Shown: positions 1 through 14,889 of the stretch, piece by piece
Position numbering within the stretch: the first letter of the stretch is position 1
Layout of the letters: each line of letters opens with the position of its first letter
Source of the DNA: Eledone cirrhosa
Lineage: Eukaryota
Assembly (NCBI GenBank): GCA_964016885.1
Contig: OZ024741.1
Location: 125,736,001 to 125,800,000 of the forward strand
Direction: 5' to 3'
DNA length: 64,000 nucleotides
Position numbers and translations under genes: made by a program
Notes under the pieces: model-generated
Database searches by the model: none
What the model was told of the DNA's origin: nothing
What the model saw: the letters and a program-made list of their open reading frames with translations, nothing else

Positions 1-580
1 CCACCACATATTTACACCCTCCTGATTCCTCTCCCCCCCCTCTATCCACACACAGACACTCCGACCTACACCCCCCCCCCACACACACACACCTCTTCCT
101 GAACATGCAACCCCGTTCTTCCCCCAACCCTTACTTTCACATACACACACACACACGTACACCTACACACACACACCACCTTCAGCCCTCCCCGCTCGGA
201 CACCCCGTCTCCCTCTCCCCACTCCACCCGCCACCACCCCTACACACCCCACACCCTTCCACCACCTGTTTTACCCCTTTTTAATTTCAGTTTATTTTGA
301 TCATGCTTTTATATTTAATTTTATTTCATTCCTTGTATTTTGATCATGCTTTATTTTTATTTTTATTTTTATTTCATTCGCACCGTTTCCTTTCGCTATA
401 TGTCTCTCCACCACTCCCCTACACACCCTTTGAACTCTGTTCCCACACACTTCTCACCTGAGGAAGGGCTTATGCCCGAAACGTCGTTCCCCACCACCAC
501 CCCACTCTCCAGAGCGTGAAATTAATAAACATTCGTTGTACTGCCTCTCTGTTTTGTTCCTGTTCAAATTTTTCCATTAT
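1..580 (+). mobile_element. 3' end (pLTR) of a Penelope-like element, truncated by the window edge
   Basis: C/A-rich UTR, HHR at 458-485, AATAAA near 526, then runs into (TA)n. Confidence 0.6.
456..487 (+). ncRNA. Minimal hammerhead ribozyme
   Basis: CTGAGGA-A-GGGC-TTAT-GCCC-GAAA-CGTC; stem I is weak. Confidence 0.75.
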
Positions 581-592
581 ATATATATATAT

Positions 593-754
593 GGTTTGTG
601 TTAGGAAGGGCATCCAGCTGTAAAAAAAACCTGCCTGAGACACTTCCGCACGTGCCAGACATGGTCTCCCAACCATTCCCGCATCAAATGGAACAAAACC
701 GTCTAACCCATGCTAGCGTGGAAGATGGACGTTAAACGATGATGGTGATGATGA

Positions 755-757
<3 letters not shown>
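593..757 (+). mobile_element. SINE 3' part with (GAT)n tail
   Basis: AGGAAGGGCATCCAGC...GGACGTTAAACGATGATG, resembling octopus SINE/RTE-type tails. Confidence 0.65.
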
Positions 758-803
<46 letters not shown>

Positions 804-811
<8 letters not shown>

Positions 812-1036
812 TTAGAAAGCCACAACAATGCAGATGGGAAATCTCGAGGTAAGAAGTGAGTGAGAAATAGGAGAAAAGTGAAAATGAAAAGTGAAAATGA
901 AAATTTTCATTTTCACATTTCTCCTATTTCTCACTCACTTCTTACCTCGAGATTTCCCATCTGCATTGTTGTGGCTTTCTAAACTACATATTTTACACAT
1001 TTCACAATGCTTCAAGCAAACTTTAACACCCTCTTA
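804..1036 (+). mobile_element. Fold-back PLE 3'-end remnant (palindrome 804-990 plus tail)
   Basis: Near-perfect palindrome centred at 903/904; arm matches 51812-51891, the 3' end of the PLE at 51812-53750; flanked by (TA)n. Confidence 0.8.
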
Positions 1037-1174
1037 TATATATATATATATATATACACATGTATATGTGTATGTGTATATGTACATGTATATGTGTATG
1101 TGTGTGTAGATATATATATATGTATATATATATGTATGTGTATGTGTGTGTGTGTATATATGTATATGTGTATT

Positions 1175-1207
<33 letters not shown>

Positions 1208-1364
1208 GTATATATGTTTGTGTATGTGTATTCCATGTAACCTTATGTTTCCCTATATCTCTCCCTCCACCCTTCATTCAGCCATAGTTTTTCCTTCGTT
1301 CCATTCCTGATTTCTAATTTCCTCCTGCTCCCCTCTTTATCTTTTACTTTATTCCATCATCTTC

Positions 1365-2270
<906 letters not shown>

Positions 2271-2294
2271 TCTACTACAAATATGTCTGTTAGA

Positions 2295-2520
2295 CTCGGT
2301 TGTAAGTTGAATTCCTAGCCGAGCGTTGTATCCTTGAGCAAGTAACTTTATTTCACGTTACTCGTCTACTCAGCTGGTAAAATTGTGTTTTAGGTGTACG
2401 TGTTAAAGGTGTATATATCTGGGGAATGCTCAGCCACTTGCACGCTAATTTCCCGCCAGACACATTCGCTGATCTTACCAACTGCAACGTTCGTCCTCGG
2501 AACCGACGAAGGTCCAAAAC
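2295..2520 (+). mobile_element. CORE-type SINE, diverged
   Basis: GCGTTGTATCCTTGAGCAAG core motif shared with 34065, 60386 and 61285. Confidence 0.55.
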
Positions 2521-2638
2521 GTGCGGACGCGCACGCCCACACACCCACACACATACACGTATGTGTGTCTATATATATATGTGTGCGTGTGTGTGTATAT
2601 TTATACATATATATGAAAATATATATATATCTATATAT

Positions 2639-2830
2639 ATAGGAAAAAAGTATGACCCCGACGGCAGAGCTCAAGCCGTTTCGACGGCTATTTCTGGACT
2701 AAATTAGAATTTTTAACGGCTTGAGCTCTGCCGTCGGGGTCATACTTTTTTCCTATTTCCAACTCTACTACCCTAAGTATTGAGTACTCTGGTGCGTTAT
2801 GGTCCATCTGGTTCCTTACCACAATTCCTT

Positions 2831-2836
<6 letters not shown>
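2639..2836 (+). mobile_element. Fold-back mini-element, family A
   Basis: Arms 2639-2680 and 2715-2756, then an 80-nt tail; (TA)n flanks; homologous to 2864-2960 and 56669-56858. Confidence 0.8.
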
Positions 2837-2863
<27 letters not shown>

Positions 2864-2866
<3 letters not shown>

Positions 2867-2955
2867 CGAAGGAGGCAAATGTATGACTAAATTCAATTTA
2901 GTCCAGAAATAGCCATCGAAACGGCTTGAGCTCTGCTGTCGGGGTCATACATTTT

Positions 2956-2960
<5 letters not shown>
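2864..2960 (+). mobile_element. Family A remnant
   Basis: Inverted tail tip ATAACGAAGG followed by GTCCAGAAATAGCCATCGAAACGGCTTGAGCTCTG. Confidence 0.7.
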
Positions 2961-3024
<64 letters not shown>

Positions 3025-3290
3025 GTATAGACATATATATATATATATTTACAAACACACACACACACACACATATTTATATATACACACACACACACAC
3101 ACGCACACACACATATATATATATACGGGGGTGGGTGTAGTGTATTTATTATTTAGGTTTTTACTTTCTTATTCTGTTCCTGACGTTGAACACTTACTGA
3201 CGTCATTGATAGTTTTATATAGATTCCTTATTTATGTTACCCATTATATACCCATTTTCTCATTACCGTATATATATATATATATAAATA

Positions 3291-3381
<91 letters not shown>

Positions 3382-3489
3382 GTGTGTGTGCATGTGTGTG
3401 TGTATATATATATATACACACATTATCTATATATATATATATTCATATATATACATACACATATATATGTATATATGTATATATGTATT

Positions 3490-3620
<131 letters not shown>

Positions 3621-3840
3621 GATAAGGCGAAAGAAAGAGGATGAAAATCAAACAACACTAACACAATCAACCCCACTCCCAGTCATCACCCCGTCTTCGC
3701 CGCATATCTATCTTCCTCACTTATTTCAGATTTATCTACGTGAACGTATAATTTCCCGTTGTGTCCAAGAAAAGTGTTTACACATACACACACTCGCACA
3801 CACACGCACACACACACACACACACACATACACACGCACG

Positions 3841-3887
<47 letters not shown>

Positions 3888-4566
3888 AAATATATATGTT
3901 GGTATATATATATATATATATATATATATACCGACATATATATTTATATATACACGCATATATCTAAATATAGATACATATGCATACAACCCCCCCCCAC
4001 ACACACACACACACTTGCCCCTACATATATATATATTTATATATATATATATACATATACGTGTGTGCTTCTTGGCTGCGTGTGTGTGTATGTGTATATA
4101 TATAATGCTGTATCTGTGCGCTCCCGATGCAGCACCAGATGGAAGATCTCATTGATTTCGTACTATCGTTCATAAGCAGACGTTTGTAATGTTATAACTG
4201 TGGTAACAAGAGACTCCTGCATAGTATTAGGTATACATATACAAAGGAAAGAAATTCCATAAGGGAACATGAGGAAAGAAGGAAACAAAAAAGGAGGGAA
4301 AACAAACAATCACAGAAAATAACGAACGAAACAGTCACGGAGCATAGAAACTTCTTGGTCGCCCTGGCGATCGAAATCCCATTGAACATATCCAGGGCCG
4401 GCAGACGACGGTGTATGGAACGTTGTATTTGTTTCGTTGATCTTCATCTGTGTTTGATTTTATATTTTCTTACTTCTTTTCTTGTGTAGCTTTGTATATT
4501 TTCCCACACAGACCTATACGCATACGCGCACACACACACGTGCACTCAAAGATGCATATCTATCTA

Positions 4567-6082
4567 TCTCGGAGCCGTTCGAAATCGCGCAGTCCATCCG
4601 ACAAGGATGCTCTCACTCCTCCCTTCTGTATGTAGTGACTCTAGAGCCACTGCTGCGGAAGTTGGAGTTGTTGCAGGGCATCCCGTTGGAACCGGGATTG
4701 CGGAAAGCGGTGTCGGCCTACGCCGATGACATAACAGTAATGGTGTCGACGGCCTCGGAAATCGGGATGATCGGCACTTTACTGGAGGAGTACGAAAGGT
4801 TTACAGGGGCTAAGCTGAACCGGGACAAGCCGATCGGTCTGCAACTCGGCACGTGGATGGGCAAATCGTCGGGCACTGGACGGAGCGCCCGGTGAAGTTG
4901 CTCGGGGTCTGGTTCGGACCAGACCTCCAGGTGGAGAAGAACTGGGGTGAGGTAACGAACAGGGTGTTTGCACTGACCCAGAAGTGGGCCGAGTGCAAAC
5001 TGTCGCTGAAAGGTCGGGCGGAGGTGGCGAACACTTATATAGCGTCCGTCATCTACTACCGCCTGACTGTCGTGCCTTGCCCAAGGGAAACGCTCGCCAA
5101 AATGGAGCGCGCACTCTTTCAATTCCTTTGGAAGAAGCGGGCTCGTATGGTGAGGAGATCCATCTGCTGTCAACACCCTTCGAAAGGAGGGCTGGGTATG
5201 CCGTGGCTGATGATGCGTAAACACGCATTAAGGCTACGGCACCTCCAGGTATTCCTCACCGGTCAACCGGTGTGGGCCCCGTTTGTGAGGCGAGCCTTTC
5301 CCAGACTCGTCTCGCTCACCGAGCTGCAATTCTGGGTCTAGCAAAGACCGAGAAAACTGGGCGCCTGGCACACCGAGTGTGCCCAGGCGCTCATGGCTCT
5401 CTGGCAGGCGGACCCGGCTGTCAGTGGAGAATCCACCTCGTCATTCTATAGAGGGCTGGTGGTTAGCAGGTGTGACGACGCCCTCGGAGAAGCCCTAGGC
5501 ATGGAGGAAAGCGAACTGGCCAACCTGTTCGGTAGGACATTCAGCCCGGGACCTATGGATAACTTCCAGAGGTCCCTGGCCTGGCAGTGCTACTGATGGG
5601 CTCTGCCCGTTCGAGAAAGGCTCTACAGACACGGGCGCCCGGGTAGGGACCCCTCGAAAAAGATCTGTCCCAGATGCGTGTGCGACGAGGAAACTGTTGC
5701 ACACACATTGGTACACTGCTCGGGCATTGCCGATCTGTGGGGCTATGTCGAACGACTGCTGTCACGGGTGGGACCGATCCGGTTGACCACCGAGTCTATT
5801 GTAACGATCAAGCCGCCTCCCCTCTTCAAAAACGAAGGAGAGGCGGTGTTTCTGTGCGTAATAGCCATGGCGAAAGAGGTTGTATGGTGGACGCGTCTGA
5901 AAGGACTGAGGTCAGACACCTTTCTCTCTGGCCAACAACTGGTTCGTTTCTTCCGATATCATTTCGGAAGAAGGATCAGGATGGAGAGAGAGGTACTGAA
6001 CCCCAGCCGTTTCTATGAAAGATGGGTGAAAGTGGCGAGAATGGCCCGTGTGAATGGGCCTTCACTCTACATCAGACTGTAG
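4567..6082 (+). pseudogene. Disrupted ORF2 (RT C-terminal half plus zinc knuckle)
   Basis: ORF pieces 4482-4895, 4853-5341, 5393-5596 and 5678-6082, broken by stops and frameshifts. Confidence 0.88.
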
Positions 6083-6350
6083 GTGAGAAAGATGAAAGAT
6101 CAAGGGAGCACCCTCTCTCTGTGCTCCTGAGAAGAAGGGTTGCACACTTTTTTCGGGGGCGTGTGCAACCCCCAAGGCGCCTCCTCACTATTGAGGATTT
6201 TGTTATTCAATTTATTTTTGTTATATTTTATATTTTATATTTTTATATTTTGTTATTGCCTCCTCCTTATTGAGGACGCCTTTTTATGTAAACTCCCCCC
6301 ATTGTACTTGTCCCACTCTTTGATGTCCTGGTGGCAAATAAAAAGAAAGT
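4567..6350 (+). mobile_element. 5'-truncated Tx1/L1-clade LINE
   Basis: RT motifs RQGCSHSSLLY, AYADD, KLLGV, GGLG; C-terminal C..C...H...C knuckle; AATAAA; (TATC)n at both ends. Confidence 0.9.
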
Positions 6351-6407
6351 TATCTATCTATCTATCTATAAATCTATCTATCTCCATATATATATATATA
6401 TATATAT

Positions 6408-6462
6408 AAGGGCGGTGCCCCAGCATGGCCTCAGCCGGATGACTGGAACAGGTAAAAGAGGA
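6408..6462 (+). mobile_element. SINE 3' tail fragment
   Basis: GGCGGTGCCCCAGCATGGCC...TGACTGGAACAGGTAAAAGAG. Confidence 0.55.
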
Positions 6463-7321
6463 TATATATTGAAAAAAAAGAGAGAGGGTGGAATAGTGAA
6501 AATACGTTAATTTTTTTTATTATACTGGGTTATACTAGAAGAAAGCGGCTGTGCGCTGAACTTTTGCAGCTGCCATCATTTGAGACCTGTGGAATCGATG
6601 TGGTTAAAATTCATCTAGAACAAATTTCTAAAGGAAGAGTTAATAACTCACAGCAAATAACCTTAAAATGTGCTGCTAGGTTTGTAGATAAGGAAGCAGA
6701 GGTTAAATCGTGTCAGCACTTTCGTCTCGTTTGATTGACGTCAAATAGCAGACGATAATTCTATTCCTGGAGAGTTTGGGAAATGATTGAACAATAACAG
6801 AAGTGAAAAATGTGAACAGAAACTGTCACGAATTTGTCGTGGAAGTAGGCATGGGAGTTGACACGCCTGCGTGGTTAGGAAGTTCTTTCACAAAAACCTG
6901 GTTCTTGGTGTTCACAGCACAATTAGGAACGTTTCTTTTACCCTTCTGCGAAAACCTACCGTATATGTATATGTTTATATATAACGTTCATGTCTACTCA
7001 ATGTCACTCACTAGCCACGGGTCAAATGGCGGCTATGGTAAATGACACATGTCCTAAATGTCATGCAATGTGATTCACCCTGGGATCTAATGATAGCAAA
7101 CCAAACATTTTAATCATTCCGCCTATGCGGCGACCCCACTAGAATCATACGACGTTAACAATTAGCAACAACATCTCAAAATGTAATTATATTAATAAAA
7201 TAACATGTCCTTTAAATGGAAATTGTTTTGTTAGTTCCAACTTAAGTCACGCAAAGGTGTCATCCAACACTGAACCAAGCGTCAAAGTTCATCGAGTTCA
7301 AAATACTATAGATCTAGCTTA

Positions 7322-7672
7322 GGTGCGCAGGTATGGCTGTGTGGTTAAGGAGTTCTCTACATAACCATGTACTGAGGTTTCGAATTCAGTCCCACAGCAT
7401 GAAATGTTGGGTGAGTGTCATTTACAATGGCCGCAGGTTGACCAATGCTTTGTGAGTGAAATTTGATAGACGGAAATTCTTTGGAAATCCATCGGATGAA
7501 CTGTATCTATAATTTAAAGACCAGCCTTTGCCGAGCTGAATCTCCCTGAAAATTACGCTAAGTGTACACGTCTCTGTAGAATGTTCAGCTACTCACACGT
7601 TAATTTCATGAGCGCTGGCTGTTCGGTTGATCGAAGAAGTGGAACACTCTTCATCGAAACCGACGGAGGTCC
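7322..7672 (+). mobile_element. tRNA-derived SINE
   Basis: A-box-like TGGCTGTGTGGTTAAG and B-box-like TTCAGTCCC; related to 50660 and 58735. Confidence 0.65.
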
Positions 7673-7830
7673 ATTCTATAATAGACAGCACCTATTCAAG
7701 TTGCCGTGAAATGAGATTAAACCTGTCACCTTATGGTTGTGAAGTGAACTTCTTAACCACACAGCCATCGCAGTTATGACATCACCCACATCGCCTCATT
7801 TTACGTATCTTTTGAGATTAGACACTAGGT

Positions 7831-7976
7831 CAGGTATAAGCAAACTTTTCCGAGCAGCGAGCCGCAGAGTGTGTGGTTCATCATAAAGCGGGTCGCACTA
7901 CTAAAAAATTCGAGGCAATTTTGAAATTAGACGTGTCATTTAAAAATCCAAATGTGTCGCAGTTTGCCCATGACTA
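7831..7976. mobile_element. hAT-type MITE
   Basis: Imperfect TIRs CAGGTATAAGCAAAC / GTTTGCCCATGACTA; imperfect 8-bp TSD CACTAGGT / CACCAGAT. Confidence 0.55.
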
Positions 7977-8099
7977 CACCAGATCATCTGGGAATGTTAT
8001 CTGAGATAGATTGGTATCCTATTAAGACCAGGTTTCTCCTTTATCAATTTCAGATCATGAAACCTGCTGCATGGAGGTTAATGGGTTCTAATAAACATT

Positions 8100-8517
8100 T
8101 GGTGGATTGGTAGTAATTGGTAGAGCGTCGAACAACAAGTTTTGCGGCACATAGTTACGGCCCTTTACATTCTTAGTACAACTCCTACCGAAGTTAGCTA
8201 TACCTTTCATCCTTAAGGGGTCAATAAATTAATGTACCAGTAACAACGCATTAGGGTTGATTTAATTCACTTTCAAATGTGTGGCCTTGTGCCAAATCTA
8301 GAAACAATTATTATGTATGAGCGTCGGACAATATGTTTTTCGGCATATAGATACGCCCCTTTATGTTTTGAGTTCAAATCCTGTAGAGGTCAATTTTGCC
8401 TTTCATCTTCAGGAAACGATAAAATAAAGCACCAGTAACACACTAGGGTTGATTTAATCGACTTTTCCCTTGCCTTCAAATTGCTGGCCTTGTGCTTCAA
8501 TCAGAAACCATTATTAT
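8100..8517 (+). mobile_element. Two tandem tRNA-derived SINEs with (TTA) tails
   Basis: GAGTTCAAATCC...TTTGCCTTTCATC...TGGCCTTGTGC...GAAAC(A/C)ATTATTA pattern occurs twice. Confidence 0.75.
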
Positions 8518-8838
8518 GCAAATTATGTGTCTGAGCATAAGAGTTTCTTGATTAGAAATTCATTTCTGTGAGGATGGAGGGTAGGCGGTGACGTGGTAGA
8601 TCTGTTAGAGTGTAGAAAAAAATACCTTGCTCGATTTCTTCCGGCACTTAGCGCTCTGATTACAAATTCTGCCAAGGTCAAATAAAGGTTAGCAGAATGA
8701 CATGACTAGAAACTCATCTAAAATATACCAGTATGTCCGTTAGCAAATTTGTTAACAAAATTGTTTATATTTCTGCAGCCAAGAAAGGCGATAAATTTCA
8801 ACAAGTATTGGCCCAAGTCATGTCTACCTTAATAACAC

Positions 8839-8911
<73 letters not shown>

Positions 8912-8919
<8 letters not shown>

Positions 8920-9071
8920 TAACAGATTAAAGTTTAAGCAAAGAATCGCTGCTTTCACCCTTAATCTGTTATTTTAATAAATATTTGCTCTACGGTTCTT
9001 ATATATTTGATATATATTTATCCTTATCGAGCCCTCTTTGGATTTTAGTCTTCAAATTTATTACTATTACT
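8912..9071 (+). mobile_element. Fold-back mini-element, family B
   Basis: Arms 8912-8930 and 8961-8979, then a tail; inside (TA)n; homologous to 45381-45458. Confidence 0.7.
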
Positions 9072-9101
9072 ATATATATATATATATATATAATATAACT
9101 A

Positions 9102-9169
9102 CCTCATTACCAGAGGTTTCCCGAATGAGACGAATACAAGAAACGTCCGCATTCGTTCGTCAGACAAGG
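9102..9169 (-). ncRNA. Type I hammerhead ribozyme
   Basis: CCTTGT-CTGACGA-A-CGAATG...CATTCG-G-GAAA-CCTCTGG-TA-ATGAGG; all three stems pair. Confidence 0.8.
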
Positions 9170-9276
9170 CAATTTCTTGTATTGAAATACAGAAGCGAAA
9201 ATGAACCAAACAGGGAGTGTGTTCTTTTATTATTTCTGGCAATATTATTACAACTATATGACCCTCCCCCAAGTAT

Positions 9277-9338
<62 letters not shown>

Positions 9339-9364
9339 CATGAAATTCGATGGAAATGCAAGAC

Positions 9365-9431
9365 TGAAGAAGAAGAAGAAGAAGAAGAAGAAGAAGAAGA
9401 AGAAGAAGAAGAAGAAGAAGAAGAAGAAGAA
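9365..9431. repeat. (AAG)n microsatellite
   Basis: Perfect tract. Confidence 0.95.
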
Positions 9432-10615
9432 TGTTGGTTCCATTGTTATTTTGAAGGTGACCGATGTTAAAGAATAAAAGAAAAGCAATTGTTGATTGTT
9501 GAACGGTAACAGGAATAATTACCATTGTTTGGTGGGCGATAGCATCACATGTGATAATCTGAAGGAGAAAGGGGAGGGTGACAACAGCAACGACAACAGC
9601 ATCAAGAAGAAGCAGAAAACAACAACAACAATAACTGCAGCAGCAGCAGCAACAAAATCTTCGTGATCTTTTACTAAATGGATCCTTGTCTCAATCACGT
9701 GTTAACCGCATACGACCAATGAGCTTGTTATGATGATGGTAGTGGTTGTTGTTGTGGTGGTGGTGGTTATGGTGTTTGTGGTGGTGCTGCTGATCGAGAT
9801 GGTGGTTGTGTTAATGGTGATGGTGAAGGTGGTAGTGGTGGTGGTGGTGGATAATGGTGGTGGCGGTAGTGGTAGTGCTGATGGTGGTGGTAGTAGTGGT
9901 GGTGATAGTAATGATGGTGGGGGTGTTGATGGTGGTGCTCGTCATAATGCTGGTGGTGGTGGTGTTTAGTTTCGATGCAATGTTAAATGCCGTTGTTAAC
10001 ACTAACTAGCAACAAACCAGCGATACATAGCAATGACCACACAGTGGGATACCAATTGATGTTGAAGGGGGTGGAATGACAAGGAGTGTGTGTGAGGAAG
10101 TGGGTCGCAAATGTTGTGGGGGCTGGGGCAAGGAGTGTGTGTGTGAATGTGAGGCTGGATGCGACAGTTACCTCTGTGCGCAAGTATGAAAGAACTTAAC
10201 ATCTCCTCTGTTCTGTCATCTTTGTTCATTAATGTGTGCGGGGGCAGTAGCTGAGGTGTGCCAAAAGTGCATTTGCACCCTCACCTGTGGGCATAGAGAG
10301 ATCTTGCTACGTTTCTGTGACTACGTGACCTTATTCGTCAGTACAGTAGAGACCGGGCTTTACGAGTTATTCAAAAAAGAACTACGGGTGTTTTCAATAC
10401 TCTCTGCACTCAGAGTTTAAATCTTGCCCAGAGCAGCTTTGCTTTTCATCTTTTCGGCGTGGACAAATAAAGTTCTATAGTAGTTCATGGGAGGTGGGGA
10501 GATTGGTGGGTTTGTTAGACCGTCGGATGGGATGTTTTGCAGTATATATTCCAGCCCTGTGTGATCTGAATTCAAATCTCACTTCCTTTTACCGGAAAAA
10601 TTGTTACATGATATG

Positions 10616-10915
10616 ACTGGGGGCTATATCCTTAAAACACCCAAGAAATTGCCTATGTGATGCAACCTCGTAAGAGAACTACTGAACCTGCATAGGTGTG
10701 GGCTATCTTTTTGTAATAGGACTGGAGTCTTTATCATTAAAATACCCCAAAAAGACCTCCTAGGTCATGCAATCTCGTAAGAGACTAGCTAAGCTTACAT
10801 AAATGTGAGCTATTTTTTTTTTATAATGGGACTGCGACCCCACCATTAACCCACCCGAAAAAAAAACCTCCTATAATATGGAACTTCATAGAGGGCCAGC
10901 TAGACCAGGAAAGGT
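10616..10915. repeat. Degenerate ~105-110 bp tandem repeat, about 2.7 copies
   Basis: GACTG...ACCC...AA...CCT...ATGCAA(C/T)CTCGTAAGAG units starting near 10616, 10720 and 10830. Confidence 0.7.
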
Positions 10916-11565
10916 GTGAGCTGTAAGAACATCAACAACAACTGCCAGTACAAGTTCAAAGAGAGAGTGTCAGAGAAAGAGATAAATAGGAGGGGCGGGG
11001 GAATGAGAAGTAGTGAAAAAGGAAGAAGAAAACGAACAAGAAGAGAAATAGAGAGAGAGAGAGAGTGGGGAAGGAAGATTGTTATAGTAGCGACAGATAC
11101 TTTACAGAAAGGACACAGTTGATAGCCTGCGGGCAAAGTAGTTGAGGTGAAATCTTGTCAATCAAACAAACGGTGTTTAATCATTTATATATTCTGTTGG
11201 ATTCCATATTGATCTTGATTTATGATGGACAATAGGAAAAAAAGCACAGAAACAACAAAAACAACCAAAAAATCAACAAGAAAATCAGCAACAATAACAA
11301 CTATTATATGATTGGAGAGTGATATATAAAGGGAGATTATCAAAGGAAATAATTACAGGGAGAAATTAATTTCCTCTGCTGCAGGTTGAACGATATACCA
11401 GAGTATGTCGTGTATGTATGAATGTATGCCATGTATGTATGAATCTATGTATTTCTATGTATGTATGAATGTATGTATGTGTATGTATGTCGTGTATTTA
11501 TGTATGTATATATGTATATATTTATGTATGCATATATATATATATGTATGTATTTATGTCTGTAC

Positions 11566-11603
<38 letters not shown>

Positions 11604-11839
11604 ATTTTTCTGGTTTTATAATTTCACAAATGTTTGCCAATAGAGAGAGAGTCGGTTTCTAACACAGAAAAAAAGACTCTCTCATTGGAATTTACACATC
11701 AACTAGGTAGATATGTATGCATGTCTGCATGCATGCATCTGTGTGCAGGTATGGATGTTATTGTATGTGTGTATGTTGATATTTTGAGTTGTATGTGTGC
11801 ATGTGCATATGCTTTGTATCATTACAAGTGTATATGCAG

Positions 11840-13490
11840 TTATTAGATACAGAATTTTTGGAATGTTTTACATATTTTTACTGTTCCATTAATGGATTGT
11901 ATTTGTAATTTCCTAACTAGTCGCGTTCTTTCTGTTTCTGTGAAGCCCAGCTTCTCAAGATTTGTACTGAGGCAGTTAGCAACATACCCCAGTCTCACAA
12001 TAATCACAGCCATAAATCTGAAGGTATAGTCGGGATGGAGTATCTGTAGATTTCTCATTAGTTCTGCATAGATATTCTCCTTTTCGCTAATCTTTGATAT
12101 TATATTGGCATCTGCTGGCACTACTGTGCATGCTTTCTTCTCCCTGTCCCATATCATTATATCTGGCCTGTTATGCCTGCATTTTATTGGGATTTTTACT
12201 GGAACATTCCACCAGTACTCTTTCATATTATGTATGTGTATGTCTTCCACATTGCTGTAGCTTTTAATGTGTTTATTGTCAGGGCTATCTTCTCTCCGGA
12301 TTGTATTGTACAGTGTTTTGGCCACTACATCATGCCTCATAGGTAGATAGTACCGTGATGACATCTTTGGACAGCTGCTTATTACATCTTCGATGTTAAT
12401 TCTGCAGAGCCTGCATTTGTTATCATATCTAGGTGTTTTGCCTGCTTCCCTATCTCTTTTGTGAATCAGGTATTTTGTGTTGATTTCCTGTTCTTGGATT
12501 GCAAAAACGTATCCTTCAAAGTGGGAGCCAATATAGCGGTTGTTGGTCCAAGATAGACTATATTACTTTCACTCTGGAGCTTCTTGGCAACATATCCATG
12601 CATGATTTTTTGCTGATAAGCATGCAGTTTTTCATCTATAGATTCACTGCGGTACTGCTGGGCAATTTCCCTGGGTGTCAGGTTTTGATTATTATGCAGG
12701 GAGTATCTTTCAAGGAGTCCCTTCCCAACTCTCATGATCTTGTCTGTCTCATGCAGATAGACTTACACAGTAGATGGTCTCTTACGCTTCGAGGATCGTA
12801 AATGTTGTCGGAGGGATATGATGCAACATTCAAATGCTGTCTGGACTGATGTTAGGCCTCTGCCTTCCTGCTTACGTTTCAAGTAGAACCTGTCTATGTC
12901 ACTGTTGATGTGAAAGTTTCTAGTGTTGTTTAGAATTGTTCGAGTTTTAACATCAATTGCTTGGATTTCGTCTATCCTCCAATCGAGTATTCCAAACGTT
13001 GGTGTTAGGACAGGCACAGCAAACACACTGTGAGCCGATGTTTTATTGTGCGCAGAGAGTTCCGATGACCATATTTCTCTTAATCGGATGTAATATTCCC
13101 TGGTTACGCGTTCCTTATTACAGATACCATTATAGGATATGTTCTCATCTATCCCCAGGTATCTGTAGCAGTCCTCGTGAGATATTAGTGAAACAGTTAG
13201 GCCATTGATAAAAATGTTGCTAGATTGCGTTGTAGTTTTTCTCCGCTTTACAATCATATATTTATCTTGTCAAAACTCCATTCCTATATCCTTTGAGAAT
13301 GTTGTAACCAAGTCAAGATTTTTCTTCATCCCACTTATGTTCTTGGCATAGAGTCTCAGGTCATCCACAAAGAAATTATGGGTTAAGTTCATATTTCTGT
13401 CCTCCTGTGAGCCAATGATCCTTCACATTTCTTGAGCAGAAGGGACAAAAGGTTTAATGAAATATGCCCCTGTGATATTCTATTTTATCA
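11840..13490 (-). mobile_element. R4/Dong-like non-LTR retrotransposon with restriction-like endonuclease; 5'-truncated and frameshifted
   Basis: HNFFVDDLRLY, YRYLGI, CRLC knuckle, RHD and RPDI motifs; ORF ends TAATAA. Confidence 0.8.
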
Positions 13491-13862
13491 GTGAAATAGA
13501 GCCCGCCTCTATCATACAAGAGTGAGGAACAGAATAAAAAAAAAACCCTCCGCCTCCGTGGTATTTTTTGGGGGGTTATAAGGGGCTTAGCTCTGTTTCT
13601 TGACCGTTGTATCACGTGACTGACTCCCCCTCCGCCTTTTGGGATTCTATCTCACATCATATAGACGTGTTCTTGAGGCTAGTAAAACGAGGTATCCTCT
13701 TGATAAGTCGGCAGACCTCGCAAAAGCTCTATATCTCTATGATGTATTGTTTTTGATTATGCCACGAAACTACGTAGTCGAGGAATCTAGAAGCAGTTTA
13801 GGTATGATACATCTTATTACTAATTATATCTAAATGTTTCTTCTCTCTTCATAATGTATATG

Positions 13863-13901
<39 letters not shown>

Positions 13902-14126
13902 GAAGTATTTCCGTAGGAAAGGTAAAGGAAAAGAGAGTGCTCTATGTAGGCTACATAGCTTTTTAGTTATGTAATAAACAACATAAGATAATTAATTCAT
14001 TTACCAGTGGTTTTTTGAAACATTCCATTTTATTCGTTCTGACGACTGAAGACAGACATAAATATCTGTCTTCAAGAAACCACTGGTAAATGAATTAATT
14101 ATCTTATGTTGTTTATTACATAACTA
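13902..14126. mobile_element. Fold-back HHR mini-element
   Basis: Arms 13964-14019 and 14071-14126; tail on the left; (TA)n flanks. Confidence 0.75.
14033..14094 (+). ncRNA. Type I hammerhead ribozyme
   Basis: TTCGTT-CTGACGA-C-TGAAGACAGA/TCTGTCTTCA-A-GAAA-CCACTGG-TA-AATGAA. Confidence 0.85.
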
Positions 14127-14188
<62 letters not shown>

Positions 14189-14233
14189 CATATGTTTATA
14201 TGTTAGTATATATTTATGTAGTTATATATAGGA

Positions 14234-14889
14234 CTAGCAGTAAAGCCCGGCGTTGCTCGGGGTCGCTCAGTAGCTGTGTTAAAGTTACAATGTTAAGTTT
14301 CTTTTTTGGCTTAAAGTCTGTCTGCACGACTGTCTGTCTGCACGCCTAACGAAATTTACAGATACATATATTTTAAATAAACTTATATAATTTTTGCTTT
14401 TTTTTACGAAATATTTGCTTGTTTTACGTAGTCTTTAAACAGACTTGTTTTCAAGTAAAAATATTGTTTTAAAAGGCTTTTAAATGGAAATGAAGCAAAA
14501 CGGAAGCTTAGTGTTCGAACTGATGAATTTTGCAGGTCAAAATTTTGCTGGCTCGACAACTGTTCGTGTATTGTGTTAATGTCATTTTAAACGCTGAGAA
14601 AGCCAGCGTAATTTTTTTAATTTTTGCACGCAGAAAATGTAAACAACGTAAGACGCTCAATGTAAACAGAACAAAGGGAAATAACTCGTCACTTACGTTC
14701 AAAAATCGATACATTAGATTCGATTTCGTCACATAGGGTGGGTCAATTTGAAATATTTTTTTTCCGATGTCTTCGCTAGGGCTCAATGTACAAGTATAGC
14801 AATTTCGGTGCAATTCCGTGAGAGATTCTAAGAGGAGATGTGTGCCAAAAATCGATAGACAGACAGACAATCACAGCTTTATATATATA
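14234..14889 (-). mobile_element. Non-autonomous Helitron
   Basis: Minus-strand 3' end CCCGAGCAACGCCGGG hairpin plus CTAG|T; same family as 14890 and 29713. Confidence 0.8.

Noticed and set aside
13670-13735. CGAGGT/ACCTCG stem with HHR-like flanks
   Set aside because: Both core boxes are degenerate
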